Below, piece after piece: positions 38,801 through 52,649 of a stretch of 64,000 nucleotides of DNA. The translations under genes and the position numbers were made by a program. The stretch comes from Amphiscolops sp. MND2022. Taxonomy: Eukaryota. A model generated the notes under the pieces. It was not told the origin of the DNA and ran no database searches. It saw nothing but the letters and a program-made list of their open reading frames with translations. The stretch covers positions 75,394,001-75,458,000 of the forward strand of contig OZ076409.1 of assembly GCA_964187785.1 (NCBI GenBank), given 5' to 3'. Positions within the stretch are counted from its first letter, which is position 1; each line of letters starts with the position of its first letter.

Positions 38801-41800
38801 CTTGAACTCGAGGAGATATAGCGTTTTTCCGGAGCGGGGGGGTTTCATTTTTCTAACGGTCCAGCTTATCTTTGCCATTTTTTCGAAAATGCACTCGCCT
38901 AAAGGCCCCCCCTGGCCGGTTTTATTCCCAGCAAAACCATTTGGCCCTAAATACGGAGTTTCAGCGTTCCAGCATTCACGGGCGAAAAGTTGTGGGACTT
39001 AGAAAATTTCAAAAATTTTCAAAAAAATTTTTTTCCGTTATTTGGGCCCCCAAAGTGGGGGAAAAGACCCCCCAACCAGTAAAGCAAGTGAATGCATGTG
39101 CAAAGCCCTTGTTTAGAGGAGAAAAATGCCGTTTAGAACGTCTTTTTATCTTGGCTCAACGTTGACTTATGACGTTTTGAAGGTGATGTTTGGAGGTGTA
39201 AAGCACGTGAATAGTAAACGTTATGAGTATTTATCTGATCTGGAAGCCATTGAGATGCAATATGGTTTGCTCAAAACGTAATTCATGGCAGTTTGGCAAT
39301 CAATCAACACCCTTTGTTGTCGTTTGACATACTTTTTTGTTGTTATAATGAAAAATTTTGTGTATTTATTCATTTTTTCTCATCAAATAACTTGAAACAG
39401 TTGAGTACATTCCATCGCCCCCTTCCGGGGGAGATGAGAATGTACTCGCAAAAAGCACCGAACTACGGCCCTTACCTTCCCGAGCTACGCAGTATAAGGA
39501 TTACATATTGGTTCCGACATTTTCAAGAGTTAAATCTTGGTAATCTGTCTGGATATGCAGAAAAATCAGCACGTGCCTTTTAATACCAAGTTGCTCACAA
39601 CGACATTTATTTTATATCAACGCCCCCATATTTATCAACGCCCCCCGTCCGTGGGCATGCCGAGGCATGCCCTTCGACGACGTATACCAAGATATGTTCG
39701 AGCGCGTTAGCCTAGGTGCCGGGATTTCCATTCGATAAGGAATTCTGCGCGTGTGGGTAGGGCCCCTGGCGCGCTCCTGTGTTTTCGGTTTTCCTACTCC
39801 AAATTCACACCCCAGTTATCTCCGATCTCGTAAACTATCCATACGATTTGGCTGAAATTTGGCACACGTACCCCCCTCGGCACGGTGAAGATGATTTCCT
39901 ACTGACGTTTTTCCCGCTAAACATTTTTTGTTGACCAAAATAACGGTTTTTGGGGTAAAATTTTCAACTTTTTTTAAATTTTATCTTATATCTCGCCACG
40001 GGTACACGCTAGCGCTTCCAAACCTTGCTGACGAAAGTTTGCAAACTGTCTCAGCAATGCTGTGTGAAATTTTCAGCTCAATCGGACTTAAACTCGAGGA
40101 GATATAGCGTTTTTCCGGAGCGGGGGGGTTTCATTTTTCTAACGGTCCAGCTTATCTTTGCCATTTTTTCGAAAATGCACTCGCCTAAAGGCCTCCCCTG
40201 GCCGGTTTTATTCCCAGCAAAACCATTTGGCCCTAAATACGGAGTTTCAGCGTTCCAGCATTCCCGGGCGAAAAGTTGTGGGACTTAGAAAATTTCAAAA
40301 ATTTTCAAAAATTTTTTTTCCGTTATTTGGGCCCCCAAAGTGGGGGAAAAGACCCCCCAACCAGTAAAGCAAGTGAATGCATGTGCAAAGCCCTTGTTTA
40401 GAGGAGAAAAATGCCGTTTAGAACGTCTTTTTATCTTGGCTCAACGTTGACTTATGACGTTTTGAAGGTGATGTTTGGAGGTGTAAATCACGTGAATAGT
40501 AAACGTTATGAGTATTTATCTGATCTGAAAGCCATTGAGATGCAATATGGTTTGCTCAAAACGTAATTCATGGCAGTTTGGCAATCAATCAACACCCTTT
40601 GTTGTCGTTTGACATACTTTTTTGTTGTTATAATGAAAATTTTGTGTATTTGTTCATTTTTTTCTCATCAAATAACTTGAAACAGTTGAGTACATTCCAT
40701 CCCCCCTTCCGGGGGAGATGAGAATGTACTCGCAAAAAGCAGCGAATTACGGCCCTTACCTTCCCGAGCTACGCAGTATAAGGATTACATATTGGTTCCG
40801 ACATTTTCATAGAGTTAAATCTTGGTAATCTGTCTGGATATGCAGAAAAATCAGCACGTGCCTTTTAATACCAAGTTGCTCACAACGACAATTATTTTAT
40901 ATCAACGCCCCCATATTTATCAACGCCCCCCGTCCGTGGGCATGCCGAGGCATGCCCTTCGACGACGTATACCAAGATATACATCGAGCGCGTTAGCCTA
41001 GGTGGCCGGGAATTTTTTTTTCAGCAAAATCTTTGCCGCTGGGGGAGGGGCCCCGGGCGGCTGTTAACCGGAATTCATACTATGCAAAACCTATCACAAT
41101 TCTCAGATCTCAGGATCCAGCCAGTAGGATTCGCTCAAAATTGGCACAGAGCCTCCTTGAAAGATTATAAGAACTTTTTCCTTGTGGCGTTTTTCGATTG
41201 AAATATTTTATGTTGACCAAAATTGCGTTTAAAATGCCCATTGTTGCGTTTTTATTGTCTTTTTCGAATTTGACGGTCCATAACTTTTTTTGAGGTGCTC
41301 GGAGCGGGTCGCACGTGGAAAGCAATATTACTCAGCACTAAAAGGGGAGTGCGTGAACAAAATTTCGTCCAAATCGGATGAAAATTGGATGAGTAATAGT
41401 CGGAAATTTGGCGCATTTCGTCGACTTTTTTCGAAAACCCAGTCTATCTCTGCCGTTTTTTGCCCAGATTTTTTTCCAGGTCCTCGCCTAAAGGCCTCCC
41501 CTGGCCGGTTTACATCCCAAAAAAGCCATTTGGCCCTTTTGCCGCAGTTTCAGCGTTCCAGCGTTTCCCGAATAAAAGATAAATGACTTAGAATTTTTTT
41601 CAAAAAATGTTCAAAAAATTTTTTTTTCAATTTCAGGCCTCCCAAAGTCAAGAAACTTCCAAACAACTAGTATTGCAAGTGAATGCATGTGGAAAGTGCT
41701 TGAAGAGACGAGGAAAATGAGCTATTATAAAACTCTTTAGCTTAACCTGACGTTGACTTATGACATTTTTAGTGTGAGCTTCCTATGTGCTAAAAAATCA

Positions 41801-44800
41801 AAAAACGTAAGTCTCTTTGAAAACAAATCGGAATACGTCCAGTCAACCCCAGAGCTGGTAAATTGCCATTGTCTAGTGCAGCAACGCCATTTAGAGTCTT
41901 TTCACCCACTTTGATACCGTTTTGATACCGTCTTATTCATCCGATAGCACAAAACTGTTGCGTACATTCCATCTCCCCCTTTGTGGGGGAGATGAGAATG
42001 TACCCGCTAAATGACACGCACAATGGCGCAATTTTATTTTTATACAATGTTTTCTAGGCTGTCGCGCAAGCCCACTAATATTTAGACTGGTTTCTTTCTC
42101 TTTCACTCCAAACTTTCCCTACTAACCACCTTACACACCATCAGCTCAACGTTACTTCTGTAACGTCAACGCCACATACTCGCATCAACGCCCACCGTCC
42201 GTGGGCATGCCGAGGCATGCCCTTCGACGACGTATGCCCATTAGCGCCACAGGGCGCCCAATTTTTTCTAGGTGCCGGGATTTCTATTCGATAAAGTATG
42301 TGGCGCGCCTTGGGTAGGGTCCCTTGCGCGCTCTTGGGTATGGTGTTCACCAGCTAGGAAACAGGGGTCGATTTTTCGGGATCTCCTAAACTAGCCACAC
42401 GATTTGGCTGAAATTTGGCACACGTACTCCCCTCGGCACGGTGGAGATGATTTCCTACTGACGTTTTTCCCGCAAAATTTTTTTTGTTGTCCAAAATAAC
42501 GGTTTTTGGGGTAAAATTTTGATTTTTTTTTAAATTTTATCTTATATCTCGCCACGGGTTTACGCTAGCGCTTCAAAACCCTGCTAAAGAAAGCTTGCAA
42601 ACTGTCTCAGGAATGCGGTGTGAAATTTTCAGCTCAATCAGACTCAAACTCAGGGAGATATAGCGTTTTTCCGGAGCGGGGGGGTTTCATTTTTCTAACG
42701 GTCCAGCTTATCTTAGCCATTTTTTCGAAAATGTACTCCCCTAAAGACCTCCCCTGGCCGGTTTTATTCCCAGCAAAACCATTTGGCCCTAAATACGGAG
42801 TTTCAGCGTTCCAGCATTCCCGGGCGAAAAGTTGTGGGACTTAGAAAATTTCAAAAATTTTCAAAAAATTTTTTTTCGGTTTTCCACCCTCCCCCCCGAG
42901 GGGAAAAGACCCCCCAACCAGTAATTTGAGTGAATTCATGTGGAAAGGCCATGTTTAGAGGAGAAAAATCCCGTTTAAATTGTCTTTTTATCTTTATTCA
43001 ACGTTGACTTATGACGTTTTGAAGGTGATGTTTGGAGGTGTGAAGCACGTAAAAAGTAAACGTTATGAGTATTTATCTGATCTGAAAGCCATTGAGATGC
43101 AACCTGTTTTGCTCAAAACGTAATTCATATCAGTTTGGTAGTAAATCAACACCCTTTGTTGTCATTTGACATCTTTTTTTGTTGATATAAGAAAAAATTT
43201 CGTGTATTTATTCATTTTTTTCTCATCAAATAACTTGAAACAGTTGAGTACATTCCATCCCCCCTTCACGGGGGAGATGAGAATGTACTCGCAAAAAGCC
43301 CCGAACTACGGCCCTTACCTTCCTGAGCTACGCAGTATAAAGATTGCATATTGGTTCCGACATTTTGATAGAGTTATATCTTGGTAATCTGTCTGGGTAT
43401 GCAGAAAAAACAGCACGTGCCTTTTAATACCAAGTTGCTTACAACGACAATTATTTTATATCAACGCCCCCATATTTATCAACGCCCCCCGTCCGTGGGC
43501 ATGCCGAGGCATGCCCTTCGACGACGTATACCAAGATATGCGTTAACGCGTTAGCCTAGGTGGCCGTGTCTTTTCGACGTGCTTTTGCATTGAGGAGTGG
43601 GTAGGGCCCCGCGACGACCTAGAAGAATTGGATGCTCACCGAAACGTGCAGAATTCTACGAGATCTCATAGTTTGAGCCATACGATTTTTCTGAAATTTG
43701 GCATGTGGACTGGAATTGGTGAGTAGGTAAAACGTGTAGAAGGTAATTTTTCCCAAATTCCACTGTGAGAGGAGATATGGGCAAATAACGGACCCAAAAA
43801 TGGCAAAAATGCACATTTTTCAACTTTGTCAGCCAATATCTCTTTTCCAGGTGCCCGTAGCGTTCCGCACGTGGACATCAATATTGCTCAGCGCTGTTGG
43901 AGGAGTGCGTGGACAAATTTTAGTTTAAATCGGACTTAAACTTGACGAGAAATTAACGGTTTTTTGGGCGTTTCCGGGGTAAATTTTTTAACGGTACAGC
44001 TTATCTTTGCCATTTTTTCGAAAATGTACATGCCTAAAGGCCTCCCCCTGGCCGAATTTACTCCCAGCAAACCCATTTGGCCCTAAATACGGAGTTTCAG
44101 CGTTCCAGCATTCCGGGGCGGGAAGTTGTGGGACTTGGAAAAATTTCAAAATTTTTTCAAAAAATTTTTTTCCCGTTTTCCGGGCCCCCAATGAAGGGGA
44201 ACGACCCCCCAACCAGTATTTTGAGTGAATTCATGTGGAACGCCCATGTTTGGAGGAGAAAAATGCCGTTTAGCACATCTTTTTATCTTAACTTGACATT
44301 GACTTATGACGTTTTGAATGTGATGTTAGGATATATGAAGCATGTGAAAAGTTGAAGTTTTGAGTCTTTATCTAATCGGAAAACCATTGAGATACAAGCA
44401 GTTTTGCTAAAAACGATTTTCATTGTAGGTTAGCAGAGTATTAGTACACTTTGATGTCATTTGAGTATTTTTTTCTTCTATATAGTAACTGTTTTTATGT
44501 ATTTATTCCAATTTATCTCATCTTTTAACATCAAGCAGTTGAGTACATTTCATCTCCCTTTCGAGGGAGATGAGAATGTACTCGCTAAAAACCTAATGCT
44601 ATGGCGCCAATGTTTGGATGGGAAGTTTTCTATGCTTTGAAAAAAGTTATTTTTAATTACTTGATTTTTTAAAACAATAATTAACATGAAGTACATTACT
44701 TGCTCCTACTACTACCACCATACATCTCTAACGTCAACGCCCCCTGCTTGCATCAACGCCCCATCGTCCGTGGGCATGCCGAGGCATGCCCTTCGACGAC

Positions 44801-47800
44801 GTATGCCAAATGCCCAGTGCCACGCAGTCTTTCCCCGCTAGGTGCCGGGATTTCCATTCGATAAGGAATTCTGCGCGTGTGGGTAGGGCCCCTGGCGCGC
44901 TCCTGTGTTTTCGGTTTTCCTACTCCTAAATAGACCCCCTGAATTCCGGGATCTCCCAAACTATCCATACGATTTGGCTGAAATTTGGCACACGTACCCC
45001 CCTCGGCACGGTGAAGATGATTTCCTACTGACGTTTTTCCCGCTAAACATTTTTTGTTGACCAAAATAACGGTTTTTGGGGTAAAATTTTGAACTTTTTT
45101 TAAATTTCATCTTATATCTCACCACGGGTACACGCTAGCGCTTCCAAACCTTGCTGACGAAAGTTTGCAAACTGTCTCAGGAATGCTGTGTGAAATTTTC
45201 AGCTCAATCGGACTTAAACTCGAGGAGATATAGCGTTTTCCCGGAGCGGGGGGGTTTCAATTTTCTAACGGTCCAGCTTATCTTTGCCATTTTTTCGAAA
45301 ATGCACTCGCCTAAAGGCCTCCCCTGGCCGGTTTTATTCCCAACAAAACCATTTGGCCCTAAATACGGAGTTTCAGCGTTCCAGCATTCCCGGGCGAAAA
45401 GTTGTGGGACTTAGAAAAGTTCAAAAATTTTCAAAAAAAATTTTTTCCGTTATTTGGGCCCTCAAAGTGGGGGAAAAGACCCCCCAACCAGTAAAGCAAG
45501 TGAATGCATGTGGAAAGCCCTTGTTTAGACGAGAAAAATGCCGTCTAGAACGTCTTTTTATCTTAACTTGACATTGACTTTTGTCGTTTTGAAGGTGACC
45601 GTTAGATACGGAAAATTGATGTTTTGAGTATTTATCCCATCTGAAAGTCATTGAGATACAACATGTTTTGCTCAAAACGTGTTTCATTGCAGTTTCGCTG
45701 TCCATTATCACCCTTTGGTGTCTTTTCACGTAATTTTCGTTTCTATAATAACAATTTTTTTGTGTATTTATTCATTTTATTCTCATCAAATAACTTGAAA
45801 CAGTTGAGTACATTCCATCTCCCTTCCCGGGGGAGATGAGAATGTACTCGCTAAAGGTCAGGAACTACGGTCTATATCTTCCACAACACAAAAGGGATTG
45901 CAAATGGTTTCAGTTTGTCGCAGAAAACTTCTTTTTGCCCTCTGTGACTCGACAAAATGAACGTTTCTTACTTACTTTGAAACTCAGCATACCACAACTC
46001 ATCTCTAACGTCAGCGCCCCCCTACTTGCATCAACGCCCACCGTCCGTGGGCATGCCGAGGCATGCCCTTCGACGACGTATACCAAGATATACCTGGAGC
46101 GCGGTAGCCGCTAGGTGCCGGGATTTCTATTCGTTCGAGTATGTGGCGCGTGTGGGTAGGGCCCCTGGCGCGCTCTTGTGTTTGGGGGTTTCCTACTTCT
46201 AAATCACGTTCAGATTTCCGGGATCTCGTAAACTATCCATACGATTTGGCTGAAATTTGGCACACGTACCCCCCTCGGCACGGTGAAGATGATTTCCTAC
46301 TGACGTTTTTCCCGCTAAACATTTTTTGTTGACCAAAATAACGGTTTTTGGTGGAAAATTTTTGATTTTTTTTAAATTTTATCTTATATCTCGCCACGGG
46401 TCCACGCTAGCGCTTCCAAACCTTGCTGACGAAACCTCGCAAACTGTCTCAGGAATGCTGTGTGAAATTTTCAGCTCAATCGGACTTAAACTCGGGGAGA
46501 TATAGCGTTTTTCCGGAGCGGGGGGGTTTCATTTTTCTAACGGTCCAGCTTATCTTTGCCATTTTTTCGAAAATGCACTCGCCTAAAGGCCTCCCCTGGC
46601 CGGTTTTACTCCCAAAAAAACCATTTGGCCCTAAATACGGAGTTTCAGCGTTCTAGCATTCCGGGGCGAAAAGTTGTGGTACTTAGTAAATTTCAAAAAT
46701 TTTCAAAAATTTTTTTTTCGTTATTTGGGCCCCCAAAGTGGGGGAAAAGACCCCCCAACCAGTAATTTGAGTGAATTCATGTGGAAAGGCCATGTTTAGC
46801 GGCGAAAAATGCTTTCTAGATCGTCTTTTTATTTTAACCTGTTGTTGACTTATGTTGTTTTGAAGGTGATGTTTGGATGTGTGAAGCATGTGAAAAGGTA
46901 ATTTTTTGTGTCTTTATCTCTTCTAAAAGCCATTGAGATGCAATCTGTTTTGCTCAAAACGTAATTCAATGCAATTTGGCAGTCAATGAACACAATTTGG
47001 TGTCTTTTGTTATATTTTTCTGTTGATATAATAAAAAATTTTGTGTCTTTATTAATTTTTTTTAAATAAAATAACTTGAAACAGTTGAGTACATTCCATC
47101 CCCCCCTTCCGGGGGAGATGGAAATGTACTCGCTAAAAGCCGCGAACAAGAGCCCATACCTTCCTGCGCTACGCAGTATAAAGATTGCATGTTGGTTCCG
47201 ACTTTTTGGTAGTGTTATATCTTGGTAATTTGACTGAATATGGAGAAAAATCAGCAAGTGCTCTTTTATAGCAAATTGCTGACAACGACAATTTTTTTAT
47301 ATCAACGCCCCCATATTTATCAACGCCCCCCGTCCGTGGGCATGCCGAGGCATGCCCTTCGACGACGTATACCAAGATATACTCCCGAGCGCGGTAGCCG
47401 CTAGGTGCCGGGATTTCTATTCGATAAGGAATTTTGCGCGGTTGGGTAGGGCCCCGTGAGCGCGCCAGGGGATAGTGTTAGAACAACAAGGATTTGGGCA
47501 TCAGTTGGGAGCGATTTTCTAAACTATCCGTACGATTTGGCTCAAATTTGGCATACGTGTTCCTGAGACAGATATAAGAACTAATTCCTACTGGCGTTTT
47601 GCCCGGAAAATTCAAAAAGTGGGTCAAAATTGAAATTTTCGGCAAAAAAATGCGATTTTTTTTGAAAAATTTTTTTTGAGAGGCTATATCTTTTTTCAGG
47701 GAGCCCGGAGCGGGACGCGTTAAACTGATTATAAACTCTACGGTTCATGGGCTGTACGGAGAACCTAGGCTCGTTTCGATCGGACTTGTAGTCTTGGAGA

Positions 47801-50800
47801 AATAACGGAATTTTTTGGGAATTTTCGAAAAATTTTTCAACGGTCCAGCTTATCTTTGCCATTTTTTCGAAAATGTACTCGCCTAAAGGCCTCCCCCTGG
47901 CCGAATTTACTCCCAGCAAAACCATTTGGCCCTAAATACGGAGTTTCAGCGTTCCAGCATTTCCGGGCGAAAAGTTGTGGGACTTAGAAAAATTTCAAAA
48001 TTTTTCAAAAATTTTTTTTTCGTTTTCCGGCCCCCTTTGAAGGGGAAAGGACCCCCCTACCAGTAATTTTAGTGAAATCATGTGGAAAGGCCATGTTTAG
48101 AGGAGAAAAATGCCGTTTAGATCGTCTTTTTAATTTAACCTGTCGTTGACTTATGTTGTTTTGAAAGTGATGTTTGGATGTGTGAAGCATGTAAAAGGTA
48201 ATTTATTGTGTCTTTATCTCTTCTAAAAGCCATTGAGATACACGGTGTGCAACTCAGAACGTGTTGAATTCTAATTTAGCAATGCATTAACACATTTCTG
48301 TGTCTTTTGACTCTGTTAAAAATACTTTTTTCCTCATAAATTGAAAAAATTTTAACAATTTTTCATTTTTTTTCTGATCTAATGACTCGAAACAGTTGAG
48401 TACATTCCATCTCCCTTCCCGGGGGAGATGAGAATGTACTCTCTAAAGACCAGCTACTACAGTACTTACCTTCCCCGAGCAACGACCCAAAACAATTGCG
48501 TTTAGATCCAGATATTTTGATATAACTTTATCTTTGTAATTTGACTGGAAATGAAGAAAATTCAGCACGTGCTCTATTATATCAAGTATCTTAACAACGA
48601 CATCTGTTTTACGTCAACGCCCCATAGTTCACATCAACGCCCACCGTCCGTGGGCATGCCGAGGCATGCCCTTCGACGACGTGCACCAAGATATGCTATA
48701 ACGCGTTAGCCTAGGTGCCGGGATTTCCATTCGATAAGGAATTCTGCGCGTGTGGGTAGGGCCCCTGGCGCGCTCCTGTGTTTTCGGTTTTCCTACTCCT
48801 AAATAGGCCCCCTGAATTCCGGGATCTCGTAAACTAGCCATACGATTTGGCTGAAATTTGGCACACGTACCCCCCTCGGCACGGTGAAGATGATTCCCTA
48901 CTGACGTTTTGCCCGCTAAACATTTTTTGTTGACCAAAATAACGGTTTTTGGTGGAAAATTTTTGATTTTTTTTAAATTTCATCTTATATCTCGCCACGG
49001 GTTTACGCTAGCGCTTCCAAACCTTGCTGACGAAAGTTTGCAAACTGTCTCAGGAATGCGGTGTGAAATTTTCAGCTCAATCGGACATAAACTCGAGGAG
49101 ATATCGCGTTTTTCCGGAGCGGGGGGGTTTCATTTTTCTAACGGTCCAGCTTATCTTTGCCATTTTTTCGAAAATGCACTCGCCTAAAGGCCTCCCCTGG
49201 CCGGTTTTACTCCCAAAAAAACCATTTGGCCCTAAATACGGAGTTTCAGCGTTCTAGCATTCTCGGGCGAAAAGTTGTGGGACTTAGAAAATTTCAAAAA
49301 TTTTCAAAAAATTTTTTTTTTGTTATTTGGGCCCCCAAAGTGGGGGAAAGGACCCCCCAACCATTAATTTGAGTGAAAGCATGTGCAAAGCCCTTGTATA
49401 GAGGAGAAAAATGCCGTTTAGAACATCTTTTTATCTTTACTCAACGTTGACTTATGACGTTTTGAAGGTGACCGTTAGATATGGAAAATTGATGTTTTGA
49501 GTATTTATCTCATCTGAAAGCCATTGAGATACAACATGTTTTGCTCAAAACGGGTTTCATTGCAGTTTCGCTGTCTATTAACACCCTTTGGTGACTTTTG
49601 ACATGTTTTTGCTTTTATATAAAACCAATTTTTTGTGCATTTTTTCTTTTTTTTCATCTAATATCTTGAAACAGTTGAGTACATTCCATCTCCCTTCCCG
49701 GGGGAGATGAGAATGTACTCGCTAAAAGCCAAGAACTACGGCCAATACCTTCCCGAGCTACGCACTACAATTATTGCATATGCATGCAGACCTTTTGATA
49801 CATTTTTATCTTTGTAGATTGACTGGAAAAACCGAAAACTCTGTCCTGATTATACAAAGTTTCCTCACAACGACACATGTTTACGTCAACGCCCCATAGT
49901 TCTTATCAACGCCCCCCGTCCGTGGGCATGCCGTGGCATGCCCTTCGACGACGTGCACCAAAATATATTCGAGCGCGGTAGCCGCTAGGTGCCGGGATTT
50001 CTATTCGTTCGAGTATGTGGCGCGTGTGGGTAGGGCCCCTGGCGCGCTCTTGTGTTTGGGGGTTTCCTACTTCTAAATCACGTTCAGATTTCCGGGATCT
50101 CGTAAACTATCCATACGATTTGGCTGAAATTTGGCACACGTACCCCCCTCGGCACGGTGAAGATGATTTCCTACTGACGTTTTTCCCGCTAAACATTTTT
50201 TGTTGACCAAAATAACGGTTGTTGGTGGAAAATTTTTGATTTTTTTTAAATTTTATCTTATATCTCGCCACGGGTCCACGCTAGCGCTTCCAAACCTCGC
50301 TGACGAAACCTCGCAAACTGTCTCAGGAATGCTGTGTGAAATTTTCAGCTCAATCGGACTTAAACTCGGGGAGATATAGCGTTTTTCCGGAGCGGGGGGG
50401 TTTCATTTTTCTAACGGTCCAGCTTATCTTTGCCATTTTTTCGAAAATGCACTCGCCTAAAGGCCTCCCCTGGCCGGTTTTACTCCCAAAAAAACCATTT
50501 GGCCCTAAATACGGAGTTTCAGCGTTCTAGCATTCTCGGGCGAAAAGTTGTGGGACTTAGAAAATTTCAAAAATTTTCAAAAATTTTTTTTTGTTATTTG
50601 GGCCCCCAAAGTGGGGGAAAGGACCCCCCAACCATTAATTTGAGTGAATGCATGTGCAAAGCCCTTGTATAGAGGAGAAAAATGCCGTTTAGAACGTCTT
50701 TTTATCTTTACTCAACGTTGACTTATGACGTTTTGAAATTGACCGTTAGATATGGAAAATTGATGTTTTGAGTATTTATCTCATCTGAAAGCCATTGAGA

Positions 50801-51260
50801 TACAACATGTTTTGCTCAAAACGGGTTTCATTGCAGTTTCGCTGTCTATTAACACCCTTTGGTGACTTTTGACATATTTTTGCTTTTATATAAAACCAAT
50901 TTTTTGTGCATTTTTTCTTTTTTTTTAATCTAATATCTTGAAACAGTTGAGTACATTCCATCTCCCTTCCCGGGGGAGATGAGAATGTACTCGCTAAAAG
51001 CCAAGAACTACGGCCAATACCTTCCCGAGCTACTCACTACAAAAATTGCATATGCATGCAGACCTTTTGATACATTTTTATCTTTGTAGATTGACTGGAA
51101 AAACCGAAAACTCTGTCCTGATTATACAAAGTTTCCTCACAACGACACATGTTTACGTCAACGCCCCATAGTTCTTATCAACGCCTCCCGTCCGTGGGCA
51201 TGCCGTGGCATGCCCTTCGACGACGTGCACCAAAATATATTCGAGCGCGGTAGCCGCTAG

Positions 51261-52649
51261 GTGGTTGGGGCGGTCCCCAGAACGCACAAGGAGGCGCGGG
51301 GAGGGTCCTGCGCCGACGTAGAATAATTTCATATAATACTAGTATCCTACATGGGTGTTTTAGAGGCGATTTTGGAATCTAACCGTAGGATTTGGATAAT
51401 TTTTTGCATGCGGCCATAACTCGAAATTCTAAGAACTTTTTCCTACTGTCATTTTCCCCGCAAATTGTTTTTTGTTGACTTATGGCCGAAAAACCGGAAA
51501 TAACGTCCTTTTTAGACGTTATATCCGAAGTGTCGTCATAACTTTTTTCCAGGGCATGCTAGCGTTCTCGTTCACTCTTACACTTAGTTGCAGCATCTCA
51601 AAATACAACTGGTGGAAAATTTTGGTTGCATTCGGATCACCCCCCACCGAGATAGAAGGGTTCCCCCCTCCAGTTTTACCCCCCAAATTTGCAAAATAGC
51701 CAATTTTGAGCATGAAGCCGAGGATTTAGCGTACCCATACCCTCCTGATGTTTTGTTGTACGTATTGGGGTCAATCTGACGACATGTGTGGTTTTCACCC
51801 CCAACCCCCCCTTGGACCGGAAATGACACTTTTTTGTGTTTTTTGGCAGAATTTAGCCTTTTTCATTATTAGGCAGTCGTTTTAGGGACTCCTAGCAGGA
51901 TATCGAAATTGAAATACAACCTGATCACAACCCAGTGACAACATAGTGGCCACTTGGAGGTATCATCATGACCGGAAGTGGGGTCAACCCCCCTTTTTGT
52001 GACCGCTTTTTGACCTTGTGCACCAAAATGCCAACATCTTGAGGCCTAATGAGGCATTCAAATCTGTACCAAGATAAAATGTTAGACAACCGAAGTCCCG
52101 GAAGACCTTTAGCATATACCGGAAGTTACCCCCCATGACCGGAAGTTACCCAATGTGACCGGAAATGGTCCAAAAATTAATGTAAAGTTGAATTTTTTAC
52201 TATTTCAAGACCACTTAATTGAAACTTTTCAATCTATAAACTAGCGTACTGGCTTGTTTTGCTGAATTTATGGAAATTGATGAGCTCTATCGCCCCCGAT
52301 AGCCTTCGAAGTTGACCTTGCGTCAACTTTGTAGGCTATCGATAAAGAATAAGAAACAACAAAGTACATTGTTGCTCTCGTTTTTTTCCCGTTGTTTTTC
52401 CTCAAACATTCTTGAGACATATACATGGCCGTTAGTTGAAATCAATATTTAGCCCATGTTATAGCTGGAGCAGCGAAGCGTTACACAGACTAGTGTGGTT
52501 TTGAAATCACACTATTTAAATTAACAACTGACCGTCTTAGTCAACTCCACACATTCATACCAACGCCCACCGTCTGTGGGCATGCCGAGGCATGCCCTTC
52601 GACGACGTATGACGAATCCACTCCAACGACACCCGCAGTCCTCAGCTAG
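51261..52649 (+). repeat. 1389 bp unit of the second (L-related) family embedded in the 1.28 kb array
   Basis: Bounded by CTAGGTG on both sides. Lacks the central block and GAGTACATT hairpin; has a GATAGCC...GGCTATC hairpin and ACCGGAART motifs like family L. Confidence 0.88.
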
